From Chlamydiota bacterium (GTDB lineage: Bacteria > Auribacterota > Tritonobacteria > UBA1439): a DNA stretch of 45,886 nt. Positions 16,614 through 28,233 of this stretch are shown here, in pieces. Where the stretch lies: NCBI GenBank assembly GCA_037133055.1, contig JBAXOY010000007.1:1-45886 (forward strand). Direction: 5' to 3'. The notes below the pieces were generated by a model that was not told the origin of the DNA, searched no databases, and saw nothing but the letters and a program-made list of their open reading frames with translations. A program made the translations under genes and the position numbers. Numbering within the stretch: position 1 is the stretch's first letter; each line of letters begins with the position of its first letter.

Positions 16614-17125
16614 GTCTCTCTCCCGCCGGTAACATCATCGATACGGTCGTCTTTCTCCCCGGTGAGATCTTCTATGATGTCGTCTTCGCTCAGCGTGGCC
16701 CTGTGGGGCGCCCCGGGGTCATCCTCCAGCGCGTCCGGCTCTTCCCCCGTCTCCTCGATCATGGCCTTGAACTCTTTGTCGATGGCATCATCCACCCTGG
16801 GCTCGAAATGGAAGGCCGGTGTTTTCAGCCAGAGGATCACCACTGCCGCCACCGCCACGCCGGCGATGCCGACCGCGACCCAGATCCCGTACGTGACGCT
16901 GGTGATCGCGGAAGCCCCGCCGCTCAGCGGGGGGGCCGGTGGCGCGCCGCTCTGCCAGGCGTTCTTCGCCTGCTCCTGGGCCGCTTCCTTGGCCTTCGCC
17001 TCGAAATACTTCTGCGGGTCGAAATGCTCCGCCCCCGCGCGCGGAGGCGCGGCGATCGCGAGCGTGGCGAACAGCGCCCCGCAGATGAAGGCCGCAGGCA
17101 GGTGCCGCATGGATGTGCTCATCAC
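16610..17125 (-). CDS. Hypothetical membrane protein (signal peptide, one TM segment, acidic tail)
   Basis: Co-oriented in the operon; 4-nt overlap with rnd; hydrophobic segments. Confidence 0.6.
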   Translation of the reverse strand: MMSTSMRHLPAAFICGALFATLAIAAPPRAGAEHFDPQKYFEAKAKEAAQEQAKNAWQSGAPPAPPLSGGASAITSVTYGIWVAVGIAGVAVAAVVILWLKTPAFHFEPRVDDAIDKEFKAMIEETGEEPDALEDDPGAPHRATLSEDDIIEDLTGEKDDRIDDVTGGRET

Positions 17126-17192
17126 TCGTGCCTCATTGGTGCGCAGGCATCATGCCCCGCCCGACAGGCCGGTGCAAAAACCGCGCCCCCTC

Positions 17193-18098
17193 TCACGTAA
17201 CGGGCGTGGGCGCGACCGGCGGCTCCACGAGCTCGAACTGGGCGGTATCGAGGTTCGAGACGCGGTTCGATGCCTTCGTCGGGTTCTTGCCGGGAGAACA
17301 GAGCGTCCCGTAGACGGTGTACAACCCGAGCGGCGCGGTCGACGGCACGTCGCCTAAGCCGACGCTGCTGACCGAGTTTTCGACCTCCATCTTCTTCACG
17401 ATCGGCGTCGCTTTCGAGACGAGGGCGCCGCGGGCGTTCAGGTAGAGGATCCCGCCGCCCGGGATGCCGACCGCCAGGTAGGCGTCCTCGGGATAGCCCG
17501 CCCAGTCGTTCGCCGTCACTTGGACTCGGACGAACGGCTCCTCGCCCCACGTGTAGATTGTGGTGGATTCCATCCGGAGATTCACCTCGGGGGGCTTCCC
17601 GTGCGGCCTGGGGGTCGGGGTGGGCCCCGGGGCCACGATGGTGACGGACCCGTTCTGCGACGAAGCCGTGTACCAGTAGCCGTTGTAGTCGTCTTCCCAG
17701 ACCGGGACGCCGACAAACCGGACGGGCGTCGTCGTGGAGCGGGCGGAGGACGAGATGGTGAAGTCGAGGATCGCCAGCTGGCTGATGTCATCGGCCCAGT
17801 CACCCCACGACGACTGGGTTGATATCCGCACTGTGCCGCGCGGGGATTCGTTGTACCAGAGCCGGTAAATGTAATTGTCCTCCGCCCCTTTGCTGAGGTA
17901 GATGTCCTGCAGGATGAGGAGCGACGGATCGTACTGGAAGGTGCAGCCGAAATCCGTCACCGGCTCTTCGGGGTCGATGCTGAGGGAGAAGCTCACGTCC
18001 TCGCCCGGGGCGCCGGCGCCGGTGCCGAAGCTCATGATCTGGCCCCCGCACGAGGCCGCTGCGCCGAGCACCGCGACAATACTCACCACCCGTCTCAT
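17193..18098 (-). CDS. Secreted cohesin-domain protein with PT linker and the shared C-terminal domain
   Basis: GAPGEDVSFSLSI...FQYDPSLL...LAILDFTISSSA...NGSVTI (cohesin pattern); PTPTP linker; DAYLAVGIPGG...GLYTVY. Confidence 0.75.
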   Translation of the reverse strand: MRRVVSIVAVLGAAASCGGQIMSFGTGAGAPGEDVSFSLSIDPEEPVTDFGCTFQYDPSLLILQDIYLSKGAEDNYIYRLWYNESPRGTVRISTQSSWGDWADDISQLAILDFTISSSARSTTTPVRFVGVPVWEDDYNGYWYTASSQNGSVTIVAPGPTPTPRPHGKPPEVNLRMESTTIYTWGEEPFVRVQVTANDWAGYPEDAYLAVGIPGGGILYLNARGALVSKATPIVKKMEVENSVSSVGLGDVPSTAPLGLYTVYGTLCSPGKNPTKASNRVSNLDTAQFELVEPPVAPTPVT

Positions 18099-18120
18099 AC
18101 GCTCCCTCCCGATGGCGCGT

Positions 18121-18639
18121 TCATACGACCCGCGCGCGCACGAGGGCCGCGATGGTCTTCGCGTCGACGATCCTGCCCGACCGCAGGAGCTTCACGACCT
18201 CGCTCCGCGTGAAGACCCGCGTCGTGATGACCTCGTCCTCCTCCCGCCGGCACTCCGTCCGATCGAGCCCACGGGCGGCAAAGAGGTGGATCTTCTCCGT
18301 CGTGTACCCCGGCGCGGGGTAAAGAAAACCGAGCCGTTCCCATTCCCGCGCCACGCACCCGATCTCCTCCTCCAGTTCGCGCCTCGCGCACCGGAGCGGC
18401 CGCTCCCCTCTCTTCAGCGTCCCGGCGGGGAGCTCCCAGAGATACGTCTCGATCACCGGCCGGTACTGCCTGATGAGCATGAGGCGGTCACGGTCGATGA
18501 AGGGGACGATAAGCACCGCGCCCGGGTGCCGTATGATCTCAAGCTCTGTGACGCGGCCGTTCGGGAGCCTCCGCGCGGCGAGGCGGAGCTCGATGAGCCT
18601 TCCCCGGTGCACACTCCTTTCCCGCGCCCCGCGTGGCAT
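18121..18639 (-). CDS. Nudix hydrolase (ADP-ribose pyrophosphatase-like)
   Basis: Nudix box ELPAGTLKRGERPLRCARRELEEEIG; HPGAV; DAKT. Confidence 0.92.
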   Translation of the reverse strand: MPRGARERSVHRGRLIELRLAARRLPNGRVTELEIIRHPGAVLIVPFIDRDRLMLIRQYRPVIETYLWELPAGTLKRGERPLRCARRELEEEIGCVAREWERLGFLYPAPGYTTEKIHLFAARGLDRTECRREEDEVITTRVFTRSEVVKLLRSGRIVDAKTIAALVRARVV

Positions 18640-18718
18640 GGGATAAGTATAGCATGCGCGATCTTACGAGGTCGAACGAAAAGGGCCCGTGCGTTCCCGC
18701 CCGGGGGCGACAGCGTCC

Positions 18719-18746
18719 TTGACATCGGCCATCCCCCTTCTATAAT
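18719..18746 (+). promoter_or_regulatory. Consensus sigma70 promoter for the CoA-transferase/mutase operon
   Basis: TTGACA-16 nt-TATAAT. Confidence 0.75.
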
Positions 18747-18798
18747 GGTCGCGGGATGAAAGCAGTTCCGGGCACTGTGCTCTTCCAGGAGGAAATTA

Positions 18799-19983
18799 AT
18801 GAAACCGCTCGAGGGGGTCAGGGTTCTCGACTTCACGCGCGTGCTCGCCGGCCCGTTCTGCACCATGACCCTCGGCGACATGGGCGCGGAGGTGGTCAAG
18901 GTCGAGCAGCCGGTGAAGGGAGACGACACCCGGGCGTTCGGCCCCCCGTTCGACCGAGGGGAGAGCGCCTATTTCCTGAGCGTCAACCGCAGCAAAAAGA
19001 GCATCACGCTCGACCTCAAGGCCGAGGCGGGCCGCGAGGTCGTCCGCCGCCTCATCGCCCGGTCTGACGTGCTCGTCGAGAACTTTCGCCCCGGCACACT
19101 GGGAAAACTCGGCTTCGACTACGACTCCGCCGCGAAGCTGAACCCGCGCCTCGTCTACGCCTCAATCTCCGGATTCGGCCAGACCGGGCCATGGGCGGCC
19201 AAGCCCGGGTACGACCTTGCGCTGCAGGGGCTCGGGGGGATCATGAGCCTCACGGGCGACCCCACGGGCCCGCCGTCCAAGGTGGGCGTCTCCCAGGCGG
19301 ACCTCGTCGCGGGCCTCTACGCCGTGCAGGGGATACTCCTCGCGCTCTACGCGCGCGAAAGGACCGGACGCGGTCAGCGTGTGGATGTGGCGATGCTCGA
19401 CGGCCAGCTCTCGCTCCTCACCTATCAGGCGGGCATCTTCTTCATGACCGGCGCCCCCCCGGGGCGGATCGGCAACCGGCACCCCACCATCTGCCCCTAC
19501 GAGACTTTCAAGGCGAGCGACCGCTATATCAACATCGCGGTGGGCAACGACAAGCTCTGGAAGACCTTCTGCGGGCTCCTCGAACTCGGGGCGCTGTGCG
19601 ACCACCCCGACTACGCAACAAATCCCGCGCGCGTCGAGAACCGGGACAGCCTCTTCCCCATCATCCAGGAGGTGATCCAGGAGCTCGACAGCGCCCACTG
19701 GCTCGCAGTCTTCGAGAAGCACGGGATCCCCTCGGGGCCGATACTGTCCGTGCGGGAAGCCCTCGCGCACCCGCAGGCCGCGGCGCGGGACATGGTGGTG
19801 ACCGTCCCCCACGGCACCCTCGGCCCCGTCAAACAGACGGGGATACCGGTGAAGCTGTCCGAGACCCCGGGGGCGGTCGAGAGCGCCCCTCCGCGCCTCG
19901 GCGAGCACACCGATGAGGTGCTCGCCTCGCTGGGTTTCTCGGGCGCGGAGATTCAGGCGATGCGCGCGAGCGGCGCGATCTGA
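18799..19983 (+). CDS. CoA-transferase family III (CaiB/BaiF)
   Basis: PLEGVRVLDFTRVLAGPFC, NRSKKSITLDLK, ENFRPG, catalytic Asp in ADLVAG, APPRLGEHT. Confidence 0.93.
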   Translation: MKPLEGVRVLDFTRVLAGPFCTMTLGDMGAEVVKVEQPVKGDDTRAFGPPFDRGESAYFLSVNRSKKSITLDLKAEAGREVVRRLIARSDVLVENFRPGTLGKLGFDYDSAAKLNPRLVYASISGFGQTGPWAAKPGYDLALQGLGGIMSLTGDPTGPPSKVGVSQADLVAGLYAVQGILLALYARERTGRGQRVDVAMLDGQLSLLTYQAGIFFMTGAPPGRIGNRHPTICPYETFKASDRYINIAVGNDKLWKTFCGLLELGALCDHPDYATNPARVENRDSLFPIIQEVIQELDSAHWLAVFEKHGIPSGPILSVREALAHPQAAARDMVVTVPHGTLGPVKQTGIPVKLSETPGAVESAPPRLGEHTDEVLASLGFSGAEIQAMRASGAI

Positions 19984-20115
19984 ATGTCACCACGGAGGCG
20001 CGGAGAGACGGCCGTGTGGGCGTAAGAGCGTGAGAGCCCGAACTTTTCCCTCCGTGCTCCCTGCCGGCAGGCAGGTCCGCGCCCCCTGGTGAAATTTTCT
20101 TCCGAGGGGAAGGCC

Positions 20116-21780
<1,665 letters not shown>

Positions 21781-21795
21781 AATAAGGAACCATCC

Positions 21796-22188
21796 ATGAG
21801 CAGGACGATCAGAGTCCTCATCGCCAAACCCGGCCTCGACGGCCACGACCGCGGCGCAATCGTGGTGGCGCACGCGCTGCGCGAGGCGGGGATGGAGGTC
21901 ATCTACACCGGGATACGGCAGACGCCCGAACAGATCGCGCACGCGGCGGTCCAGGAGGATGTCCGGGCGGTGGGACTGAGCTGCCTTTCCGGGGCGCACG
22001 CGAAGCTCTTCCCGAAGGTCGTCGCACTGCTCAGGGAGAAGGGGGGCGATGACATCCTGATTTTCGGCGGCGGGATCATTCCGGAGGAGGATATCCCGGC
22101 GCTCAAGAAGGCCGGGATCGCGGAGATATTCGGGCCCGGGACGCGGACCTCCGCAATCGTCGAGTTCATCCAAAAGAGCGTATGCTGA
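21796..22188 (+). CDS. Methylmalonyl-CoA mutase, cobalamin-binding (small) subunit
   Basis: [10 protein letters not shown] (DxHxxG), [19 protein letters not shown]. Confidence 0.94.
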   Translation: MSRTIRVLIAKPGLDGHDRGAIVVAHALREAGMEVIYTGIRQTPEQIAHAAVQEDVRAVGLSCLSGAHAKLFPKVVALLREKGGDDILIFGGGIIPEEDIPALKKAGIAEIFGPGTRTSAIVEFIQKSVC

Positions 22189-22222
22189 AATCGTTTTCCC
22201 CATTTCCCAGGACCGCCGAGCC

Positions 22223-23161
22223 ATGGGGCTTGCCCAAAAGATATTCGCCCACGACACCCGCGCCGCGAGCCGGCTCCTGAGCTGGATCGAGGACGGAGAC
22301 TCGAGGGCCTCCGGAGAGCTTCGGGAGATCTTCCCCCGCACCGGCGCCGCCTACCTGCTGGGTATCACCGGCGCCCCCGGCGCGGGGAAGAGCACGCTCA
22401 CGGACCTGCTCATCTCCCTCTACCGATCGCGCGGCCTCATCGTCGGGGTCCTCGCCGTGGACCCGTCGAGCCCGTTCACCGGCGGGGCAGTCCTCGGCGA
22501 CCGCGTCCGGATGCAGCGCCACGCGACCGATGCCGGCGTCTTCATCCGCAGCATGGCGAGCCGAAGTTGGCCGGGGGGGCTTAGCCGGGCTGCGACGGAG
22601 GCCGTCAGGGTGCTCGAGGCGTGGGGGTGCGGGCTCGTGATCATCGAAACCGTGGGCGTTGGACAGAACGAGGTCGAGGTGTCGAGGCTTGCCTGCACCA
22701 CGGTCCTCGTCTGCGCCCCGGGCGCGGGGGACAGGGTCCAGGCGATCAAGGCGGGGGTGACGGAGATTGCCGATGTCATCGCCCTCAACAAGGCGGATCT
22801 CGCGGACGTCGAGCATGCCGCCAGTGCCCTCGAGATGACGCTCGCGCTGCACCCGCGCGGGGAATGGCGCCCCCCCCTGGTCAGGACGATCGCCCGGGAC
22901 GGCATGGGGGTGGAGGAGCTCGCGGGGGCCATCGATGCCCACCGCCGTTTCATCGAGGGAAACGGCACGCTCGCGGAGAAAAAGAGGGAGGGACTCAAGG
23001 ACCATCTGAAGGAGATCATCCGCAGGAAATTGCACGAGAGGATATCAGGCCGTCTCCCCTCCGACGGCGAGCTCCGATCCCGCGTCGCGGAGATCCAGCA
23101 AGGCCTCGCCGATCCGTACACCGTCGCGGAAGAGATCGCCGCAAAGGAGATTATGCCATGA
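22223..23161 (+). CDS. meaB: MeaB/ArgK G-protein chaperone of the mutase
   Basis: GITGAPGAGKST, AVDPSSPFTGGAVLGDRVRM, ETVGVGQ, NKAD. Confidence 0.93.
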   Translation: MGLAQKIFAHDTRAASRLLSWIEDGDSRASGELREIFPRTGAAYLLGITGAPGAGKSTLTDLLISLYRSRGLIVGVLAVDPSSPFTGGAVLGDRVRMQRHATDAGVFIRSMASRSWPGGLSRAATEAVRVLEAWGCGLVIIETVGVGQNEVEVSRLACTTVLVCAPGAGDRVQAIKAGVTEIADVIALNKADLADVEHAASALEMTLALHPRGEWRPPLVRTIARDGMGVEELAGAIDAHRRFIEGNGTLAEKKREGLKDHLKEIIRRKLHERISGRLPSDGELRSRVAEIQQGLADPYTVAEEIAAKEIMP

Positions 23162-23562
23162 TCACGAAAATCGACCATGTCGGCATCGCGGTGAAGGATA
23201 TCGAGGCGGCGCTGCCCCTCTACCGCGACCTGCTCGGCCTGAAAGACATCCGCATCGCGCGCGTGCCGGAGCAGAAGGTGCGCGTGGCGATGCTGCGGGT
23301 CGGAGAGGTGAAAATCGAGCTCCTTGAGGCCCTCGGGCCCGACAGCCCGATCACGAAGTTCATCGAGAAAAAGGGAGAGGGGATGCACCATATCGCGCTC
23401 GCGACGGACGACATCCGCGGCGCGATCGCCTCGCTCAAGGCCGCGGGGCTCACGCTCATCAACGAGACCCCGACGCCGCGGGCGGGAGAGTACGAGGTGG
23501 CGTTCATCCACCCATCCTCCACCGGCCGCGTTCTCCTGGAGCTCTGCCAGGCGCTGAAATGA
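23158..23562 (+). CDS. mce: Methylmalonyl-CoA epimerase
   Basis: KIDHVGIAV, IELLE, KKGEGMHHIA, AFIHPSSTGRVLLELCQ; ATGA overlap with meaB. Confidence 0.92.
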   Translation: MITKIDHVGIAVKDIEAALPLYRDLLGLKDIRIARVPEQKVRVAMLRVGEVKIELLEALGPDSPITKFIEKKGEGMHHIALATDDIRGAIASLKAAGLTLINETPTPRAGEYEVAFIHPSSTGRVLLELCQALK

Positions 23563-23767
23563 TCCCTCCCTCCCCCCGGGATCCGGATGAACGGCGATCC
23601 CCGCTGCCCGCCTTCCCGGGGATGGCCGGGATAGCGCGCCGAGCGGAAATTTGACCGGAAATTTGTAGTTGTGAAAATTCCGCAACCTGCTATACTTACA
23701 CAAGAGGGTTAAGGGGTCTATCCGGCGTCGAACGGCAGCGCGAATCCCGACAAGAGGAGGGCGTTCA

Positions 23768-24652
23768 ATGGAAGGGCGAGTCGGAAAGGGTGTCATCACG
23801 CTGTTCCTGTGCCTCGTGGTTCTTTCTGCCCTGCTCTTCATATTCTTCGAGAACAACCGGAGCGAATCGACAGCCCAGACGACCGGCGTCGTCCCCGTTC
23901 CGCCCCCCCCGCCCGTGCTCGTGGAAACGGTCGACCCGTGGGCGTTCACCGGCATCATGGCGGACTACGACTTCGACCTCTACCGCGGAACGGACGACGG
24001 CGGGTACTCGTACGTCGCCCCCCCCGCGCTTGACTACACCGATCCCGCCACGCTCGACGACCTCGCCCTCGGCGAGCTCGGCGTCGCCACCTACGAGATA
24101 GACCCCGCGAGCCGCGAGACGACGATCAACCTCACGCTCTTGCGCAAGCCGCCCAACCCGCCCACGCCGCTGGCAAACACGCCGCTGGCAAACACGCCGC
24201 TGCCCGGGAAGCCGACTCCCACCCCCCGCCCGACCATCACCCCCTTCCCGATGAGCCTCGGGCAGTCCACAGCCCTCACCTACTACCTCACGGCAGCCAC
24301 CAAGACCGTCATCCTCGACGGCGGCGCCTCGACGGCCACCGTGAAGATCATGCCGGACGTCTGCGATGCCTACGTGGCCGTCCGCACGCCCGAGGGGAAT
24401 ATCGTCTTCGTCAACTCCTTTTCCCATATCCAACAGAACTACACCTCTTATCCGGTGCCGATCGTCAGGAATTCCCAGATTATCAGGCTCACGGGCCCCA
24501 TCTTCACATTCCGCATGACCAGCCTGAACCTCCCCGGGCACTACAAGATCTACGCCGTGATGGTGCCGCCGGGAGCGAACGTCTGGGACTCTAATAACTG
24601 GATCAGCAACCTCGCCACGATCCAAATGAGCTACGGGATCGTCGCGGAGTAG
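23768..24652 (+). CDS. Exported or membrane-anchored protein with PT linker and the shared C-terminal domain
   Basis: GAGGAGG RBS; N-terminal TM/signal; DAYVAVRTPEG...GHYKIY...PPGANVWDSNNWISNL; TGcTATACT element upstream. Confidence 0.75.
   Translation: MEGRVGKGVITLFLCLVVLSALLFIFFENNRSESTAQTTGVVPVPPPPPVLVETVDPWAFTGIMADYDFDLYRGTDDGGYSYVAPPALDYTDPATLDDLALGELGVATYEIDPASRETTINLTLLRKPPNPPTPLANTPLANTPLPGKPTPTPRPTITPFPMSLGQSTALTYYLTAATKTVILDGGASTATVKIMPDVCDAYVAVRTPEGNIVFVNSFSHIQQNYTSYPVPIVRNSQIIRLTGPIFTFRMTSLNLPGHYKIYAVMVPPGANVWDSNNWISNLATIQMSYGIVAE
24163..24202 (+). repeat. 15-bp coding tandem repeat (TPLAN)2-TPL
   Basis: ACGCCGCTGGCAAAC twice, then ACGCCGCTG. Confidence 0.85.
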
Positions 24653-24700
24653 CCGCGATTCAGGGGTTCGCCCGCGCGAGGCCCCGGGAAGGATGGGTCC

Positions 24701-25000
24701 TTCACCCCTGACGACAACGAGCGATCGATCGGCGTGCTCCTGCGGTACGGTGGGTTCAATTATCGCACCGGCGGCGACCTCCCCACCAACGCCGAGGAAC
24801 CGCTCGGAACCGCGCTCAATCTCGACAACATCACGGTGGTCATCCTCCGCGTGAGCCACTATGGCGCCGATACGTCTTCTTCGAACCACTATCTATTCAC
24901 CATCCAGCCGGACTTTGGCGTCATTTCTGCGGGAACGGGCAACGGGGAATATCATCACCCGCGGCAGAGCACACTCGATCATCGTCACACGGAGGCCTGA
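24701..25000 (+). pseudogene. Fragment of a ComEC/Rec2-type MBL-fold gene (C-terminal half only)
   Basis: DDNERSIGVLLRYGGFNYRTGGD...ILRVSHYG...GVISAG...YHHP aligns to the C-half of the downstream protein; the HHG motif is HYG here; no N-terminal HxxxDH half. Confidence 0.65.
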
Positions 25001-25002
25001 GC

Positions 25003-26472
25003 GTGAAACCTCGCCATATCGCAACGTCGGTTGTCGCGTTTGTCGCGTTCGCAAGCACGGTTGGGGCCGCGGATTTGAAGATATGGAGCGTCTGGGCAAA
25101 CGAGAGCTCGGGAACGGGCACTCTCATACAGGGGCCCGACGGGACAACGGTCCTTTACGATCTGGGCGGCGGCGCCACGTGGGCGAACTACTGCAAGGAG
25201 GTGATGGACGCGAACAGCGTCAGCACCATACAGTACACCGTCGCCGGCCACTATGACAACGACCATATCGGCAGCCTCGATAATCTCGTCGATCTCACTG
25301 GCGGCAATTCCGCCACCGGCTACTCGCCGAACGTCGGCACGGTGAAGTTCTACGATCGCGGCGGATCCGTGGGGCAGGACGGCGAGGACATATCCGCATC
25401 CTACCTCGACTTCGTGACTGCAACCGGCAGGCGCGCCACCGCAAAGGTGGACGGCACGACCGACATCTCTCTCGGGAGCGGCGCGACGCTCCGCTTCCTC
25501 TCCGCGGGCGCAGCCGATACCACGAACACCCTCTACGTCCGCGGCAAGGCGAACTCGACCGTCTCGAGCGAGAACGACCTCTCGATCACGGCGCTGGTCA
25601 CCTACGGTGGGTTCGACTTCTACGTCGGGAGCGACGCGGAAGGGGTGAACGAGAAGGCGATCGACGACGTCGTGGCCACCGGACTCGGGCGCCACGTCGA
25701 CATCCTGCACGTCGATCACCACGGCTCCGACACCAACGGCATCAGCTCCCCCGAGTTCCTCGGGAACATGGACCCGGAGGTCGCGCTCATCTCGGTGTGG
25801 AGCAACTCGTTCGGACACCCGAGGGCGACGACGGTGACGAACCTCCAGGCGGTCGTGGAGCCGCTGCCGCAGCGGATCATCCGCCTTTCGCCCGGCGACA
25901 CGGCCCATCCAGACTGGGCGCCGGAGACGATGAGCTACTGCCACACGACGAACGGGCACGTCACGATCATGACGAACGGCTCGACCTACACGGTGAGCGG
26001 TAACGGAATCACGGAGCCGGGGCTCGTCAACCACGCCGTCGACGACGGCCCGGAGCCCACCGCAACACCCACGCCGAGAGGCCCCACGCCCACCCCCGGC
26101 AGTCCCACCTGGCCGGTAAAGCTCCACGTGAACTCGACGACCTTTTCCAGGACCGACTCGATCTCCGTCAGCGCAGATTTTCAGACGTGCCTGACCCCGT
26201 TTTTCCCCTACGCGCGGCTCATCGATCCGTTCGGGCGGCTGATCTACCTCCAGAGGGCCCCGGCCTCCTCCACGCGGCTCTCCTGGACCTCCCCCGCGCG
26301 CTTCATCGAGAGCGGGCCCTGGGTGCTCAATTATGACCTCGACTACTTCCCCGTGCTGGACATCTCGTTCATCAACGCCGCCGAGGGCACGTGGGCGATA
26401 CAGGGCGCTTTTCTCGACATCTACGGGAACATCATCGGCGGCATGAACGAGAAGCTGCTCACCGTCCAGTAG
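25003..26472 (+). CDS. Secreted MBL-fold (ComEC/Rec2-like) hydrolase with PT linker and the shared C-terminal domain
   Basis: Signal peptide; LYDLG, GHYDNDHIG, ENDLSI, DILHVDHHGS, FGHP; PTATPTP linker. Confidence 0.82.
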   Translation: MKPRHIATSVVAFVAFASTVGAADLKIWSVWANESSGTGTLIQGPDGTTVLYDLGGGATWANYCKEVMDANSVSTIQYTVAGHYDNDHIGSLDNLVDLTGGNSATGYSPNVGTVKFYDRGGSVGQDGEDISASYLDFVTATGRRATAKVDGTTDISLGSGATLRFLSAGAADTTNTLYVRGKANSTVSSENDLSITALVTYGGFDFYVGSDAEGVNEKAIDDVVATGLGRHVDILHVDHHGSDTNGISSPEFLGNMDPEVALISVWSNSFGHPRATTVTNLQAVVEPLPQRIIRLSPGDTAHPDWAPETMSYCHTTNGHVTIMTNGSTYTVSGNGITEPGLVNHAVDDGPEPTATPTPRGPTPTPGSPTWPVKLHVNSTTFSRTDSISVSADFQTCLTPFFPYARLIDPFGRLIYLQRAPASSTRLSWTSPARFIESGPWVLNYDLDYFPVLDISFINAAEGTWAIQGAFLDIYGNIIGGMNEKLLTVQ

Positions 26473-26522
26473 CCACGCGGAGGGCCGGGGACGCTCGCCC
26501 CCGCTCCCCCATACCGGATCCC

Positions 26523-27452
26523 ATGCGTATTTCCGCAATCGACATCGGCACCAACTCGGTCCGCCTTCTCGTCGCCGACGTCTCGTCCGGCGGCGAACTC
26601 GCCCCTCTCGATCGCGGGCTTGAAATCACGCGTTTGGGCGAAGGGATGGCGGGGCGGGGCACCATCGGGGACGCCGCGGCGGACAGGACGCTCGCCGCGG
26701 TGGAGAGATTCGCCGCCCTCGCCCGAAAGGCGCGCGCGGAGACGATCCTGCTCTTCGGCACCTGCGCGCTGCGGGAGGCCGCGAACGGCGGATCATTCGC
26801 CCGCCGCGTGAAAGAGGCGACGGGGCTCGATGTCAGGGTCCTGAGCGGGGAGGAGGAGGCGGGCCTCGCCTGGCGCGGGATCACCCGGACGCTCTCCCGC
26901 CCTCTCGACGGGACCGCGGCGATTGACATCGGCGGGGGCAGCGTCGAGATCACGGCCGCCCCCGGCGGCGGCACACCGGCGCCTGCGAGCATCGACCTCG
27001 GCTGCGTGAGGATGACGGAGCAGTTCCTCCTCCATGACCCTCCGGGGACGCAGGAGCTCGACGCCCTCCGGGCTTTCGCCTCCCGCGCGCTCGCGGCCGA
27101 GGTGTCTCCCTCCGTTCCCCGCCCCGCGGCGCGTCTCGTCGGCGCCGGGGGGACGATCACCGCCGCCGCCGCGATCGACCTCGGCCTCCGCCGCTACGAC
27201 CCGGAAAAGGTGCACGGGGCCCTCCTCTCCTCCGTCCGGGTCTCCGCCCTTGCCGCGCGTCTCGCCGCCATGCCGCTCGCCGGGCGGAAGTCGGTCCCCG
27301 GGCTTGAGGAGAAACGGGCCGACATCATCGTCGCCGGGCTCGTGGTGCTGGAGGCGGTCATGGACTATTTCTCCGCGCGGACGCTCACCGTGAGCGACGA
27401 GGGAATCCTCCACGGCGCGCTCCTCGAATACGGCGAAGGAAACTCAAGGTAG
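26523..27452 (+). CDS. Ppx/GppA family phosphatase (short form; start revised to 26523)
   Basis: AIDIGTNSVRL, ALREAAN, LSGEEEA, DIGGGSVE, RADIIVAG, VSDEGILHG. Confidence 0.92.
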   Translation: MRISAIDIGTNSVRLLVADVSSGGELAPLDRGLEITRLGEGMAGRGTIGDAAADRTLAAVERFAALARKARAETILLFGTCALREAANGGSFARRVKEATGLDVRVLSGEEEAGLAWRGITRTLSRPLDGTAAIDIGGGSVEITAAPGGGTPAPASIDLGCVRMTEQFLLHDPPGTQELDALRAFASRALAAEVSPSVPRPAARLVGAGGTITAAAAIDLGLRRYDPEKVHGALLSSVRVSALAARLAAMPLAGRKSVPGLEEKRADIIVAGLVVLEAVMDYFSARTLTVSDEGILHGALLEYGEGNSR

Positions 27453-27515
27453 CCACACAGGACACAGAGGCCGCAGAGATCAACGTTCAACACGGATAAA
27501 CACGGATGCAAAGAC
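27452..27515 (+). repeat. Degenerate 9/10-mer tandem repeats after the Ppx/GppA stop
   Basis: CACACAGGA-CACAGAGGC-CGCAGAG and ACACGGATAA-ACACGGATGC. Confidence 0.6.
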
Positions 27516-27618
27516 GGCCAGGAGTTGAGGTTCTCTTCTGCTTTGCGGCGATGGAGAAGCCCGAAGAATCTCTTCGCCGGGCTCCGAGTTGGGTTCTTGA
27601 ACTCAACGAGCAAGAACT

Positions 27619-28119
27619 CTATTTCGTATTGATGTAGCGAATTGCTTCGTCTATTACAGAAATATCCTTTATCTTGGAAGAGAAAATTTCGTCTTTGATT
27701 TTTTCCACCTCATCTACGCTTTCAACAATAAAATCTGAAAAAGTAAAAATAAACGGGTGAATCCAATCTTCAATCACTTTTCCATGAAAGGCTACATTAG
27801 AACGCCTATGATGAGTTTCTTTGGGAAGGACGGAAATGACGGGCTTCCTGAAATACTTTGCAATGACGAGTTCTTGAGCGGTTCCTGCCCCAAGTCTTTC
27901 TTCGGCGTTAATTATCACTGCTGCGCTTTCCTTTATGTGCCTGCAGTCCTGGCCGACCACTGCCAAATAATCACCTTCATCCAATTCCTTGTGATAGGGC
28001 TCGATAAAATCCGCATCAAAAAATTTCTGCAGAGATTGAATATATCTGCTCCTCCAGTCGTCAAATTTTTTTGCTTCCTCGTCCCCCTTGGGAACACTGC
28101 CTGCTAAATAGATTTTCAT
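27619..28119 (-). CDS. Low-GC nucleoside 2-deoxyribosyltransferase-like protein
   Basis: KIYLAGS...W...D.RHIKES.AVII...GAGTAQELVIAKYF.KPVI; AT-rich codon usage unlike its neighbours. Confidence 0.65.
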   Translation of the reverse strand: MKIYLAGSVPKGDEEAKKFDDWRSRYIQSLQKFFDADFIEPYHKELDEGDYLAVVGQDCRHIKESAAVIINAEERLGAGTAQELVIAKYFRKPVISVLPKETHHRRSNVAFHGKVIEDWIHPFIFTFSDFIVESVDEVEKIKDEIFSSKIKDISVIDEAIRYINTK

Positions 28120-28233
28120 GGTATTCCCTATCTCGTGATTCTTGGCGTGATACCCACGACGGTCCCCCCTCTGCCGGCCAACCGCCGCACCACTTCGAGG
28201 GCCTGTTCCCCTGTCAATCTGCGGAGCACATCA

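Noticed and set aside
19984..20115. Cobalamin riboswitch upstream of the mutase
   Set aside because: No recognisable B12-box; the region consists of short repeats and a CCTGCCGGCAGG palindrome. An Rfam scan would be decisive.
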